From Burkholderiaceae bacterium (GTDB taxonomy: Bacteria > Pseudomonadota > Gammaproteobacteria > Burkholderiales > Burkholderiaceae_B): a stretch of 51,848 nucleotides of DNA. The stretch spans positions 1 to 51,848 of the forward strand of contig JBIIWK010000001.1 of assembly GCA_044338955.1 (NCBI GenBank), given 5' to 3'. Positions 20,933 through 31,484 of the stretch are shown piece after piece. The first letter of the stretch is position 1. The number at the start of each line of letters is the position of its first letter. Made by a program: the position numbers and the translations under genes. The notes below the pieces were generated by a model, which saw only the letters and a program-made list of their open reading frames with translations, did not search any database and had not been told where the DNA came from.

Positions 20933-22578
20933 TTTGCAGGGGCCCCAAGCGTTTCGCGTGAATAGGGTTTAGGTTGGCGGCCGGTGATGATCGAATCTGG
21001 CTGCGTCTGTAACGAGTCAGTCAGCCCGCGTAGCGACCGTAAACTGCGTCGCAGGTCTTCAAGCATGGCCTCGGTGCTCGCGGTCATTGGGCTGCCCGGT
21101 GCAATTAAGCCGTTCAGATTTTTAACAGCCAACTCCACTTGCGTCAGCGTCGAAGCAAGTTTAGGAACCACCGACTTATCTAGCGTCGCGCTAAGCACTT
21201 TGACTTGCTTGATCATCTCGTTGACTTCGTTACCGATTGACTCGAACGGTATTTTGTCGAGTTTGTTAACGATACTGGCAACCTGCTGTTGCAGTTTGTC
21301 TAGATCGTCTGAAGCCAAGGTTGGCATCTTAAAGGGCACCTCTGATTTAGGCGGATCAATTTTCGGAGCATTCGGAAAATCTTCGAGCACGATATAGAGC
21401 TGACCCGTCAGGATGTTAGCTGTGCGTAACTGAGCGCGCATTCCCCGTCTGGTCATCAAGGCTAACGAATCCGTGAGTTGCTCAACAGAACGTCGCGACA
21501 TATTCATATCGCGATAGACCGCACCCAAGCGCTCTGGATACAAAGTGGCGTTGACCGAGGTAAAAAACTTTGAACGCACAATATCAAAATCAAGCGCCAC
21601 TGAATTCACAACACCAATATCGACACCGTTAAAATCAACCATGGCACCGACTTTAAGCCCTCGGGTAGGTTGATCAAAACGCATGTAGATCGGCACAGAG
21701 ACGCCTTGCGGCTCGATTTCAGCAGCGCGGCGACTGTCATACAACTTAAACTGCCGATCGACCTCGGCGATATCACGGGGCTTGCCAAACGCGCCAAATG
21801 ACACGCCACCCGCAATTAAAGACATCAGTGACTGGGTATTAATTTGCATGCCATCAGGCGAAAGCGTGACATCGATGCCGCTTTCGTTCCAGAAGCGCGT
21901 GCTGCCGTCTACGTAACGATCGTAGGGCGCGTCGATGAATACTTCAATCTCAATAAACTTACCCTCTGGCTCGAGCTTATAGCTCGAGATCATTCCGACC
22001 TGCAGGCGACGCATGTAAACCGGCGCCCCAATGCCGAGCGAACCTAAATCGTCACTGCGCAAGGCAAAACGCGTACCGGGACGATCGCTGGTGATGGGCG
22101 GTGGCTCTTCGCGGCCGATAAATTGCTTTTGCGTGGCCTTACCCAACGCACCGTGTTTGGTATCGGTTTCGATGTAGGCACCCGACATCAAGGTCGACAG
22201 GCCCGATACACCACTAATACCGATACGGGGCTTGACGACCCAAAATTGAGTAGCCTCGTTGGCCATGCCAGCGGCATCTTTATTCAACTCGGCCTCAACG
22301 ATGACCTTGTCGCGCGTGTCGTTTAAACGAATCTCTTTGACTAGACCAATCACCACATCGCGATACCGCAGTTGCGTCTTGCCGGCCTCTAGGCCCGTCG
22401 CCGATTGAAAGGTAATAAAAACACGCGGGCCTTGTTTAGACCAGCTGTGATACAAAATCGACAGGCCGACTAGCGCCGCCACGATCGGAATCAACCAGAC
22501 CCATCCGAGGTTACGCTTGGGGCGCTGACTCACGCGCGGCAACCCGGGTGCTTGGTTTGTGATTGACTGCTCCGGCAT
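20929..22578 (-). CDS. pqiB: PqiB MCE-domain intermembrane transport protein
   Basis: WVWLIPIVA TM anchor and three MCE domains (GLEAGKT.LRYRDV.IG, GSLGIGAPVY, GLKVGA.VDFNGV.IG). Confidence 0.93.
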   Translation of the reverse strand: MPEQSITNQAPGLPRVSQRPKRNLGWVWLIPIVAALVGLSILYHSWSKQGPRVFITFQSATGLEAGKTQLRYRDVVIGLVKEIRLNDTRDKVIVEAELNKDAAGMANEATQFWVVKPRIGISGVSGLSTLMSGAYIETDTKHGALGKATQKQFIGREEPPPITSDRPGTRFALRSDDLGSLGIGAPVYMRRLQVGMISSYKLEPEGKFIEIEVFIDAPYDRYVDGSTRFWNESGIDVTLSPDGMQINTQSLMSLIAGGVSFGAFGKPRDIAEVDRQFKLYDSRRAAEIEPQGVSVPIYMRFDQPTRGLKVGAMVDFNGVDIGVVNSVALDFDIVRSKFFTSVNATLYPERLGAVYRDMNMSRRSVEQLTDSLALMTRRGMRAQLRTANILTGQLYIVLEDFPNAPKIDPPKSEVPFKMPTLASDDLDKLQQQVASIVNKLDKIPFESIGNEVNEMIKQVKVLSATLDKSVVPKLASTLTQVELAVKNLNGLIAPGSPMTASTEAMLEDLRRSLRSLRGLTDSLQTQPDSIITGRQPKPYSRETLGAPAK

Positions 22579-22707
22579 GCCGGCTCCTTAGTAGGTAAAA
22601 CGGTAAAAATCTTACGCCCCCCACGGGGACGAGAGATTGTATGACGCGGAGCACGACATGCGCGATCACTTCTAAACTAAATTTTAGGTAGTATTTAAGT
22701 AAACGCT

Positions 22708-22870
22708 GGCAAAACCTACATTCAAATCGTTGTGTGCGTAGGCTTGGGCCAAACCACAATCAAGTCGGGATGTGCGTAGGCTTGGGCCAAACCGCAGTCA
22801 AGTCGTGATGTGCGTGAGTTCGGGCAAAACCACAGTCAAGTCGTGATGTTCTTAGGCTGGGGCACAAGAT
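22708..22870 (-). repeat. 38-bp tandem repeat (about 4 units) beginning in the last codons of pqiA
   Basis: The TGA-containing motif recurs at 22836, 22798, 22760 and 22722; + strand unit is roughly TCAAGTCGTGATGTGCGTAGGCTTGGGCCAAACCRCAR. Confidence 0.92.
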
Positions 22871-24044
22871 GTCTACGGTGTCCGGCCCGCCGCCAGGCCA
22901 GGCGAGGATCAAAGCCCAGCGCAGCCAACATTGTGACAATCACAACCCCGGCAAAGGCAACAGCTCCGCCCCCCGGCTCAATCGTCAACAAGTTGCCAAA
23001 ACGACCTAGGGCAGAGAGCAAAATCACCACAAATACGTCTAGCATCGACCATTGACCAATGAACTCGACCATTTCATATAAGTGAGTGCGTGTTCTGAGG
23101 GCGCCCGTCGCACGCTGTTGGGCCAGATACACCAACACGGCCAAGCACACGAGTTTAAACAGAGGCACCACCACGCTTGCAATAAAAACCACTGCGGCAA
23201 TGCTATACGACCCCATTGAAACCAGCTCAAGTACACCGCCTAAAATTGTGTGCGCCGAATTGCCTGCAATCGAATTAATTTGCATGATCGGCAAAAGATT
23301 GGCGGGGATATACAGCAGAACTGCCGCAAGAAGCAGCGCCCACGTCCGCTGAAATGAGGCGGGCGATGGCGCTTTAGGCAAGGGCTCGAACGGTGCAGGC
23401 AAGCCAATGTCATGCGCCAAACATCGAATTTTTTGCGCAGACAGCCGCGTTAACGCCGTCACAAACAGCGCCGAGACCGCTGTAGCAAAGAGCCCCACGC
23501 CTGGCACCAAAGACGCCAACCCCACCAACTTAACCACTGACACCAACACGCCCATCAAAAACACCGGCACCATACACCAGGGCTTGAGCACATCGATCAG
23601 AGTGATCAGTTCGTCAAAAAACAAAGGGAGTCGCCCGAGCGACAGCGCTAAAAAAACCCACAGCAGAAGCAGCAATTGCACGAAGGGGAGCAAAAAGCCA
23701 GCGGCAAAAGACACCACCGCGACCTCGGGGTAGCCCGCCTGCCAAGTGATCACAATGGCATCAAAAAACGAGGCGGCTTGTGACTGCCCTGAAATGAGCA
23801 GCGTGGCGATGGGGTACACATTGGCCAACCCAAAACAAAGCAAGGTGGCAACAATCACCGCTAGCCAAGCACGCGGGGTGAACACCGAATAGGTTTCTAG
23901 CACGTGATCGCAGCGCTCGCACTGCGCCCACTGCCCCGCCTCAAGCACCGGGCGCTGATACGCGGCGCCACAGTGATGACAGGACAGCATAAGACTTGAA
24001 GAGGTCATCGATCGAGAAACAATGTCGTTTGGTATTTCATTCAA
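22836..24044 (-). CDS. pqiA: Paraquat-inducible protein A (two PqiA domains; start uncertain, alternative ATG 24008)
   Basis: CHHC...CERC, ANVYP, PWCMVPVF, YIPANLLPIM and IGQWSMLDVFVV. Confidence 0.9.
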   Translation of the reverse strand: MNEIPNDIVSRSMTSSSLMLSCHHCGAAYQRPVLEAGQWAQCERCDHVLETYSVFTPRAWLAVIVATLLCFGLANVYPIATLLISGQSQAASFFDAIVITWQAGYPEVAVVSFAAGFLLPFVQLLLLLWVFLALSLGRLPLFFDELITLIDVLKPWCMVPVFLMGVLVSVVKLVGLASLVPGVGLFATAVSALFVTALTRLSAQKIRCLAHDIGLPAPFEPLPKAPSPASFQRTWALLLAAVLLYIPANLLPIMQINSIAGNSAHTILGGVLELVSMGSYSIAAVVFIASVVVPLFKLVCLAVLVYLAQQRATGALRTRTHLYEMVEFIGQWSMLDVFVVILLSALGRFGNLLTIEPGGGAVAFAGVVIVTMLAALGFDPRLAWRRAGHRRHLVPQPKNITT

Positions 24045-24127
24045 ACATTATGTCCCTGACCCAGCCGACATGCCAGCCCACCTTGAAGGTCTGACATGAC
24101 AGATTGAAGCCCTTGACCGACAACCCA

Positions 24128-26443
24128 TTAATGCGCCAACTCGGTTTCTTGATCGGATCCCGACACCGATTTTTGCGACTTATCAATACGCGGCCCAAAG
24201 GTCAACGCCACCTTACCCTCGGCATCGATGTCCACAATGACCGACCCACCGTCAACCAACTTGCCAAACAACAGTTCATCTGCCAAAGCGCGACGAATCG
24301 TGTCTTGAATCAAGCGCTGCATGGGCCGTGCCCCCATTAAGGGATCAAAACCATTTTTACCCAAGTGGGCGCGCAGGGCATCGGTAAAGCTTGCCTCAAC
24401 ACGCTTCTCGTGCAGCTGATCTTCGAGTTGCATCAAGAATTTATCGACCACACGCAAAATGACTGCCTGATCAAGTTGCGCAAAGGGCACGATTGCATCT
24501 AAACGATTACGGAACTCGGGCGAGAACAGACGTTTGATATCACCCATCTCGTCGCCGCTCGCACGCGTGTTTGAGAAGCCAATATTTGGCTTATTCAAGG
24601 CCTCAGCGCCAGCGTTAGTCGTCATCACCAAAATCACATTCCGAAAATCGGCTTTACGGCCGTTGTTATCCGTCAGCGTGCCATGGTCCATGACTTGCAG
24701 CAAAATATTAAAGACATCTGGGTGCGCTTTTTCAATCTCATCAAGCAACAACACACAGTGCGGCTGTTTGGTGATTGCCTCAGTCAACAAACCGCCCTGA
24801 TCAAAGCCGACGTAGCCTGGCGGCGCGCCGATTAAGCGTGACACGGTGTGGCGCTCCATGTACTCGGACATATCAAAGCGCAACAGCTCGATGCCCAGCG
24901 TGAACGCCAGCTGGCGAGCCACTTCGGTTTTACCCACACCGGTTGGCCCTGAAAACAGAAAGGCACCAATCGGTTTTTCTGGGCGTCCCAGGCCTGAGCG
25001 CGCCATTTTGATGGCAGAAGCCAACACTTCAATCGCACCATCTTGCCCGTACACCACGGTTTTTAAATCACGTTCAAGCGTGGCCAACTTACTGCGGTCG
25101 TCGCTGGATACGGTTTGGGGAGGGATACGCGCAATTTTAGAAACAATCGATTCGATTTCAGTTTTACCGATCACTTTCTTTTGCTTTGAGCGTGGTAACA
25201 GGCGTTGTGCCGCCCCCGCCTCATCGATCACGTCAATCGCCTTGTCAGGCAAATGGCGATCGTTGATGTGACGCGCGGACAATTCGGCGGCTGCAGTCAA
25301 CGCAGCGCTTGAATATTTCACGCCATGATGCTCTTCGAAGCGACCTTTAAGCCCACGCAAGATTTGGATGGTCTGCGCCACACTTGGCTCAGGCACATCG
25401 ACTTTTTGAAAGCGCCTAGAAAGCGCCGCGTCTTTTTCAAAGACCCCGCGAAACTCGGTATAGGTGGTGGCGCCGATGCAGCGCAACTGCCCAGACGACA
25501 GCGCAGGCTTCAGTAGATTTGAAGCATCGAGCGTGCCACCCGAGGCTGAACCCGCACCGATCAGGGTGTGGATTTCATCGATAAATAAAATTGCCTGAGG
25601 GTTATTGCGTAACTGTTTGAGCACGCCCTTTAGACGCTGTTCAAAATCGCCACGATATTTGGTGCCAGCCAGCAAGGCACCCATATCAAGCGAATAGACC
25701 TGTGCGTCTTGCAAAACCTCAGGTACTTCACCGCGCGTAATGCGGTACGCCAAGCCTTCAGCAATCGCGGTTTTACCGACGCCGGCTTCACCGACCAGCA
25801 GAGGGTTGTTTTTACGTCGACGGCAGAGGGTTTGAATCACGCGCTCAACCTCATGCTCGCGCCCGATGAGCGGGTCGATACGACCGGCGTTGGCCTCAGC
25901 ATTCAAGTCTTGTGCATACAGTGCAAGTGGTGATTGACGCGCCTCTCCACCCTGCTCTTCGCCATTGCCGGGTTGCTCTTTGGCAGCGGGCGTTTCGGCG
26001 GCGGCCGCTTTACTGATCCCGTGCGACAGAAAGTTCACCACATCCAAGCGCGAAATGCCCTGTTGTTGGAGGTAATACACGGCGTGCGATTCTTTTTCGC
26101 CAAAGATCGCGACCAATACGTTCGCGCCCGTGACTGGTTTTTTAGAAGCACCGCCCGCTGACACATGCATGATCGCACGCTGAATCACACGCTGAAAACC
26201 CAGCGTGGGCTGCGTGTCCACCTCGGTGCCGGCTGGGATCACGGGGGTGTTATCAGTCACAAATTTACGCAAGTGGCTGCGCAGTTCATCTATGTTGGCC
26301 ACACAGGCTTTTAACACCTCGATCGCCGCAGCATTATCAAGCAGCGAAAGCAACAAGTGTTCAACCGTAATAAATTCGTGGCGAGCTGAACGTGCCTCGA
26401 CAAACGCCATATGCAGGCTAACTTCAAGCTCTTGCGAAATCAC
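24128..26443 (-). CDS. clpA: ATP-dependent Clp protease ATP-binding subunit ClpA
   Basis: [19 protein letters not shown] and GPTGVGKT; adjacent to clpS. Confidence 0.97.
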   Translation of the reverse strand: MISQELEVSLHMAFVEARSARHEFITVEHLLLSLLDNAAAIEVLKACVANIDELRSHLRKFVTDNTPVIPAGTEVDTQPTLGFQRVIQRAIMHVSAGGASKKPVTGANVLVAIFGEKESHAVYYLQQQGISRLDVVNFLSHGISKAAAAETPAAKEQPGNGEEQGGEARQSPLALYAQDLNAEANAGRIDPLIGREHEVERVIQTLCRRRKNNPLLVGEAGVGKTAIAEGLAYRITRGEVPEVLQDAQVYSLDMGALLAGTKYRGDFEQRLKGVLKQLRNNPQAILFIDEIHTLIGAGSASGGTLDASNLLKPALSSGQLRCIGATTYTEFRGVFEKDAALSRRFQKVDVPEPSVAQTIQILRGLKGRFEEHHGVKYSSAALTAAAELSARHINDRHLPDKAIDVIDEAGAAQRLLPRSKQKKVIGKTEIESIVSKIARIPPQTVSSDDRSKLATLERDLKTVVYGQDGAIEVLASAIKMARSGLGRPEKPIGAFLFSGPTGVGKTEVARQLAFTLGIELLRFDMSEYMERHTVSRLIGAPPGYVGFDQGGLLTEAITKQPHCVLLLDEIEKAHPDVFNILLQVMDHGTLTDNNGRKADFRNVILVMTTNAGAEALNKPNIGFSNTRASGDEMGDIKRLFSPEFRNRLDAIVPFAQLDQAVILRVVDKFLMQLEDQLHEKRVEASFTDALRAHLGKNGFDPLMGARPMQRLIQDTIRRALADELLFGKLVDGGSVIVDIDAEGKVALTFGPRIDKSQKSVSGSDQETELAH

Positions 26444-26569
26444 AATTCCTCCGTCCTTCTTGCGTCAATGACACCGTTGATTCATATTCTATGCTTTCCG
26501 CGGCGTAAGGGTTACAACTCGTAAAAAACTTTTCAAACTGTATTTTTTTTCCCACGTTCTGCATGGTGC

Positions 26570-26893
26570 TCAGGCATCATCCGCTGGCTCGAGTACGCAC
26601 TGCAGAGGATGCTGCCGTGCCCGCGCATACTGAGCGACCTGCGCCACCCGACTCGAGGCGATATCAAAGGGATACACGCCACACACCCCTTTGCCTTCAT
26701 GGTGAACCTGCAACATCACTCTAAAAGCATCTTCGGAAGACTTACCAAAAAACTTCTCAAGGACATGCACCACGAACTCCATGGGCGTGTAATCGTCATT
26801 GAGCAAAATCACCTTGAACATTGGCGGCGGCGCCGTTTTTGCAGTGAGTTTCTCAACGACAAGATCTGGGGGCAGCGAAGTACGTGTAGACAT
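26570..26893 (-). CDS. clpS: Clp protease adaptor ClpS
   Basis: [21 protein letters not shown]...HPLQC. Confidence 0.96.
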   Translation of the reverse strand: MSTRTSLPPDLVVEKLTAKTAPPPMFKVILLNDDYTPMEFVVHVLEKFFGKSSEDAFRVMLQVHHEGKGVCGVYPFDIASSRVAQVAQYARARQHPLQCVLEPADDA

Positions 26894-27126
26894 AAGTAGA
26901 TGACAACATCCCGGCTAAAACGTTCATTTTTGTAACAACTTGGGCACTTTCGTATCCTGTATTACCCTTGGTTTAGGCTTAGGGGCTTGACGTCTTGCAC
27001 AAATCTGCTCAATATCTCGCCATACTCAAGGATGTTTGGGTACAGAAACGCCGATAGAACCATGATATTAAGTCAAAATCATTGTTCCTTCGTTCAGTTT
27101 ATACATTGCATAAAGAGGCAGGCGGA

Positions 27127-27360
27127 ATGTCGGATTCAGCTACAAATAATGGCCCTAAGGTCACCGGTACAGTGAAGTGGTTTAACGATGCAAAGGGCTT
27201 CGGCTTCGTTACTCCGGATGATGGCGGCGAAGATCTTTTTGCTCATTTCTCAGCCATCGAAATGAACGGCTTTAAAACCCTGAAAGAAGGCCAAAAAGTG
27301 GCTTTTCAAGTAACACAGGGCCCAAAAGGCAAGCAAGCAACAAATATAACCGCGGCTTAA
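27127..27360 (+). CDS. cspD: Cold-shock domain protein (CspD-like by position)
   Basis: ATG 27127; [14 protein letters not shown] and LFAHFSAI; divergent from clpS as cspD usually is. Confidence 0.82.
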   Translation: MSDSATNNGPKVTGTVKWFNDAKGFGFVTPDDGGEDLFAHFSAIEMNGFKTLKEGQKVAFQVTQGPKGKQATNITAA

Positions 27361-27361
27361 A

Positions 27362-27389
27362 CTATCGGGGTGAATAACCCCTTGGATAG
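27362..27389 (+). terminator. Hairpin after the csp gene
   Basis: CTATC-GGGGT-gaata-ACCCC-ttg-GATAG; weak U-tract. Confidence 0.4.
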
Positions 27390-27394
27390 TAGAG

Positions 27395-27874
27395 ATGCGA
27401 AAGATGCTCGTGCTTTTGAAGCAGCGCGGCCTTATGGCTGCGCTGCTTGTTTTTGTGCTCAGCGCGGTGGCTTGTGTGCCTGAGGCGGTTTGCCAAACGA
27501 CAGCCCCTGGCCCTGCGTTGCCGATTAGAGCCCTTACCGCTGGCATGCACAGAATTCAAGCCGAAGTGGCTGCAACCGACGCCACACGCTCGCGCGGGCT
27601 GATGTTTCGCAAAGAGCTCGCGCCCAACCACGGCATGCTGTTTATTTTTGAGCAACCCAATGTGCAATGCTTTTGGATGCGCAATACCCTATTGCCGTTA
27701 TCGATTGCTTTTATTCTGGATGACGGCACGATTACCAATATCGCCGACATGGCGCCGATGACCGAAAACTCGCATTGCTCAACCGCGCCCGTACGCTACA
27801 CCCTTGAAATGGAGCAAGGCTGGTTCGCCAAGCGCGGCATCACAGCAGGCAAAAAGATTACGGGTATCCAGTAG
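27395..27874 (+). CDS. DUF192 family exported protein
   Basis: Signal-like N-terminus; RGLMFR, GMLF, FWMRNT.LPLSIAF and LEM..GWF. Confidence 0.88.
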   Translation: MRKMLVLLKQRGLMAALLVFVLSAVACVPEAVCQTTAPGPALPIRALTAGMHRIQAEVAATDATRSRGLMFRKELAPNHGMLFIFEQPNVQCFWMRNTLLPLSIAFILDDGTITNIADMAPMTENSHCSTAPVRYTLEMEQGWFAKRGITAGKKITGIQ

Positions 27875-27980
27875 TGCCTCTAAGTCACTGATGCGTCAGT
27901 GTCAGCCTAGATTACGGCAGCATCAACCTAGATTACAGCAGCATCAACCGAGGTCGTGACAGCGTGGGCCGAGGTTGATA
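27843..27980 (+). repeat. Degenerate 21-bp tandem repeat downstream of the DUF192 gene
   Basis: Units at 27897, 27918, 27939 and 27960 (e.g. CAGCATCAACCTAGATTACAG) resemble in-gene 27843-27863 (CAGCAGGCAAAAAGATTACGG). Confidence 0.75.
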
Positions 27981-28001
27981 CTAAAAAGATTGCAGCCGAA
28001 C

Positions 28002-28050
28002 GAAGCGGGCTGCTCAGGCCGAGTCGTAACCACGGATTGAGCAGCGCTTC
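28002..28050. terminator. Long hairpin between the convergent DUF192 and thiolase genes
   Basis: GAAGC..GCTGCTCA...TGAGCAGC-GCTTC. Confidence 0.5.
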
Positions 28051-28061
28051 ACGAGTCAATA

Positions 28062-29267
28062 TCAGACACGCTCAATGATCATGGCGATGCCCTGCCCGAC
28101 CCCGATACACATCGTGCACAACGCGTAGCGCCCGCCGGTGGCATGCAACTGATGTACAGCGGTCATCACCAATCGGGCTCCACTGGCACCTAAGGGATGC
28201 CCTAGTGCAATCGCACCACCATTTGGGTTGACGCGTGGGTCGTTATCAGCAAGACCCAGCATGCGTGTCACGGCCAGGCCTTGCGCTGCGAAGGCCTCGT
28301 TCAACTCAATCACGTCCATCTGCTCAATGGTCAGACCAGCCAAGGCCAACACTTTTAACGTGGCAGGCGCGGGGCCAATCCCCATAATGCGAGGTTCGAC
28401 ACCTGCAGTGGCCATGGCAACGACGCGCGCGCGCGGTGTTAATCCATGACGCTTGGCAGCCGCTTCATTGGCCAGCAACATGGCGACAGCACCGTCGTTT
28501 ACGCCCGAGGCGTTACCCGCCGTGACCGAACCGCCTTCGCGCACCACGCCTTTTAGTTTTGCCAGGGCCTCAAGACTCGTTTGACGGGGATGCTCGTCAC
28601 GACTCACCACTAGTGGATCACCCTTTTTTTGTGCGATCGAGACCACTGCGATTTCGCTATCAAAATAATTAGCTTTTTGCGCAGCAGCGGTTTTCTCTTG
28701 GCTCGCCATCGCGAACAGATCTTGATCTTCGCGCGAAACCTTGAATTGATCGGCTACATTTTCAGCGGTTTCAGGCATTGAATCCACGCCGTACTTCGCT
28801 TTCATCAAACGATTCACAAAGCGCCAACCAATCGTGGTGTCGTAGATCGCAGCGTTGCGCGAAAAAGCCGTGTCAGCTTTACCCATCACAAACGGGGCGC
28901 GCGACATGCTCTCGACCCCGCCCGCCAGCATCAACGAGGCATCCCCAGAGCGGATGGCACGAGCCGCTGTACCCACCGCATCCATCCCCGAGCCACAGAG
29001 GCGATTAATCGTGCCGCCCGGCACCGCGACAGGCAGCCCCGCCAGCAAGGTGGCCATCCGCGCCACGTTACGGTTATCTTCACCCGCCTGGTTGGCGCAG
29101 CCCATCAACGCATCGTCGAGCTCGGCCCAATTGATGTTGGCATTGCGCTCAGCCAACGCGCGGATCGGCACCGCCAGCAAGTCATCAGGGCGCACTGGGG
29201 CGAGCGAGCCGGCATAGCGACCAAAAGGCGTGCGTAACGCATCACAAATAAAGGCTTGATTAGCCAT
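28062..29267 (-). CDS. pcaF: 3-oxoadipyl-CoA thiolase-like (PcaF/PaaJ family)
   Basis: GCANQAGEDNRNVARM, NRLCGSG, NEAFAAQ, GHPLGASG and CIGVGQG. Confidence 0.82.
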   Translation of the reverse strand: MANQAFICDALRTPFGRYAGSLAPVRPDDLLAVPIRALAERNANINWAELDDALMGCANQAGEDNRNVARMATLLAGLPVAVPGGTINRLCGSGMDAVGTAARAIRSGDASLMLAGGVESMSRAPFVMGKADTAFSRNAAIYDTTIGWRFVNRLMKAKYGVDSMPETAENVADQFKVSREDQDLFAMASQEKTAAAQKANYFDSEIAVVSIAQKKGDPLVVSRDEHPRQTSLEALAKLKGVVREGGSVTAGNASGVNDGAVAMLLANEAAAKRHGLTPRARVVAMATAGVEPRIMGIGPAPATLKVLALAGLTIEQMDVIELNEAFAAQGLAVTRMLGLADNDPRVNPNGGAIALGHPLGASGARLVMTAVHQLHATGGRYALCTMCIGVGQGIAMIIERV

Positions 29268-29324
29268 AGCAAAAATCCTTGTACGGGTGTGTTTGGTTTA
29301 TTGTTGTAAACGCTACTTTAGCCC

Positions 29325-29357
29325 AAAAAAAAACCGACCCACAGGCCGGCTTTTTTT
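29325..29357 (-). terminator. Intrinsic terminator of sodB (possibly bidirectional)
   Basis: A9-CCGACC-caca-GGCCGG-c-T7, just downstream of the sodB stop. Confidence 0.8.
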
Positions 29358-29371
29358 AGGCATGATTGAAC

Positions 29372-29950
29372 TTAGCCCAAGTTTTTAGCGGCAAAGGCCC
29401 AGTTGGCCAATGTCCAGAAACTTTCAAGATACTTAGGACGTGCATTGCGGTAGTCGATGTAATAGGCGTGTTCCCAAACGTCACAGGTCAGCAAAGGCAC
29501 ATCGGTCGTTGTGAGCGGCGTTGCAGCGTTGCTAGTGTTGACGATGTCGAGCGAGCCATCCGGCTTTTTAACCAGCCATGTCCAGCCTGAACCGAAGTTA
29601 CCCGCGGCAGACTTGTTAAATGCTTCTTTGAAGGCGGCAACACTGCCCCACTTTGCATTGATCGCATCGGCAAGCTTGCCGGTTGGCTCGGCACCCGAGG
29701 CTGGTGCCAGCGAATTCCAGTAAAAAGTGTGGTTCCAGACTTGGGCTGCGTTGTTAAACACACCACCTGAAGATTTTTTAACGATGTCTTCAAGCGAAGC
29801 CGTTTCAAACTCTGTACCTGGGATCAAATTGTTCAGGTTCGTGACATAGGTTTGATGATGCTTACCGTAATGAAACTCGAGCGTTTCTTTTGAAATGGTC
29901 GGTGCCAAAGCGTCGATGGCATAAGGCAAAGCTGGGAGCGTATGGGCCAT
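29372..29950 (-). CDS. sodB: Fe superoxide dismutase
   Basis: ATG 29950 gives [31 protein letters not shown] (Fe-type) and DVWEHAYY. Confidence 0.95.
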   Translation of the reverse strand: MAHTLPALPYAIDALAPTISKETLEFHYGKHHQTYVTNLNNLIPGTEFETASLEDIVKKSSGGVFNNAAQVWNHTFYWNSLAPASGAEPTGKLADAINAKWGSVAAFKEAFNKSAAGNFGSGWTWLVKKPDGSLDIVNTSNAATPLTTTDVPLLTCDVWEHAYYIDYRNARPKYLESFWTLANWAFAAKNLG

Positions 29951-30112
29951 TGCTGCAAAATCCTTTTTGTATGTGGGACAAACAAATAACAACCGTTATT
30001 GTATCGGACGCTTGGCAGACGGCAAGCCAAGCCCTGCTAGAAACAGGGTTAAAGATCTCGTTCTGCGTTTGCGCCACGCTTGTTAACAGCTAGGAAGCAA
30101 GCCGAACGCGTT

Positions 30113-31465
30113 TTATTGATCGCGTTGCGTGACGGTCGCGTTGAGCACGCCCTCGGCAAGGGTCACTTCGATCGCTTCGCCAATCTGCGCATCAATAGAT
30201 TTTCTTAGGATTTTTTTGTCGTAGGTGCGCACGATGGCGTAGCCGCGCGCGAGGGTGTGTTCGGGGCTCAGCGCCCTTAACTGGGCTCCAACACCTTCAA
30301 GTCGGGCGTGCTCACGCGCAAGCAGGCGTTGCTGGCCCGCTTGCAGCTCTGCACCGGCGTGCGTCAGGCGTGCGCGCCAGGCGCTCAACTCTGGCATCAA
30401 TCCCTCAAAGCGCAGGTGCGTGTGGGCATGTCGAGCGCGTGTGCGTTGAAACTGTTTGTCAAAGGCTGAGCGCACGCGGCGTCCGAACCCCTCGACCTTT
30501 TCAAGCTGATGCGCGAGCCGTTGGCTAGGTGGCACCAAACCTAAAGTCGCTCGGTCGACCCGCTGCGCTAGGCGCTCGAGCTGGCGCACCAGTAACTGAT
30601 GTGCGTACTGCGCCGACCCCAGCACGCGCTCGAGCTGCGACTGTCGCGTCTCGCAGACCAACTCAGCCGCAGCAGTGGGCGTGGGTGCACGCACGTCAGC
30701 CACAAAATCAGCAATCGTAAAATCGGTTTCATGCCCTACGCCCGATACAACTGGGATCAGGCTTGCCGCAATATCGCGCGCCAGAGCTTCATCATTGAAA
30801 CTAAACAAATCTTCAAGGCTGCCGCCGCCTCGCACCAGCAAAAGGGTGTCGACCTCTTGGCGCTCGTTGGCAAGCGCCAGCGCCTGACGCAATTGCAATG
30901 CCGCACCGGCGCCCTGCACCAGTGAGGGGTAAATCACAACCGGCACATGCGGCGCCCGGCGTGCCAAAGCCGTTAACACATCGTGCAAAGCGGCCGCACC
31001 TAAAGAGGTGATGACGCCGATCGCTTTAGGGTACCGTGGGAGCGCGCGCTTATTTTCGGAATCAAACAGGCCCTCAGCGGACAGCTTGTTTTTTAAAGCA
31101 ACAAATGCTTCAAACAGCGTGCCTAAACCTGCTCTTCGCAATTGCTCGACCTGCAGCTGATATTCACCCCGAGCCTCGTAGAGCGTCACGCGCGCCTTGA
31201 GCTCGACCGAATCGCCCGCCTTAGGGGTAAACCCTGTGGCGGCAGCTCGACTGCGAAACATGACGGCGCGTACCGAGGCTGTGTCATCCTTAAGTGTGAA
31301 ATACCAATGCCCAGACGAGGCATTGGTGAAATTAGAGATTTCGCCGCGAACCCAACAAGCATCGAAGCTGTCTTCAAGCAAATGGCTGACGGCTTGGTTT
31401 AACTGCGCTACCGTGAGGATATCCCGCGTGGCTGCAGCATTTGTGTCTTGACTTTCAATTGTCAT
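30113..31465 (-). CDS. xseA: Exodeoxyribonuclease VII large subunit
   Basis: WVRGEISN, SGHWYFTLKD, RGGGSLEDL, GVGHETDFTIADFVAD.RAPTPTAAAE and LARGY. Start ATG 31465 preferred. Confidence 0.95.
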   Translation of the reverse strand: MTIESQDTNAAATRDILTVAQLNQAVSHLLEDSFDACWVRGEISNFTNASSGHWYFTLKDDTASVRAVMFRSRAAATGFTPKAGDSVELKARVTLYEARGEYQLQVEQLRRAGLGTLFEAFVALKNKLSAEGLFDSENKRALPRYPKAIGVITSLGAAALHDVLTALARRAPHVPVVIYPSLVQGAGAALQLRQALALANERQEVDTLLLVRGGGSLEDLFSFNDEALARDIAASLIPVVSGVGHETDFTIADFVADVRAPTPTAAAELVCETRQSQLERVLGSAQYAHQLLVRQLERLAQRVDRATLGLVPPSQRLAHQLEKVEGFGRRVRSAFDKQFQRTRARHAHTHLRFEGLMPELSAWRARLTHAGAELQAGQQRLLAREHARLEGVGAQLRALSPEHTLARGYAIVRTYDKKILRKSIDAQIGEAIEVTLAEGVLNATVTQRDQ

Positions 31466-31484
31466 AAGGCTTCCGACTAGGTTT

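Noticed and set aside
24050-24125. Further degenerate repeats after clpA (also after dedA 19590-19735, kdsB 35135-35180 and dapC 2700-2880)
   Set aside because: Short shared words are visible and fit the duplication pattern, but they are too decayed to define a period by eye.
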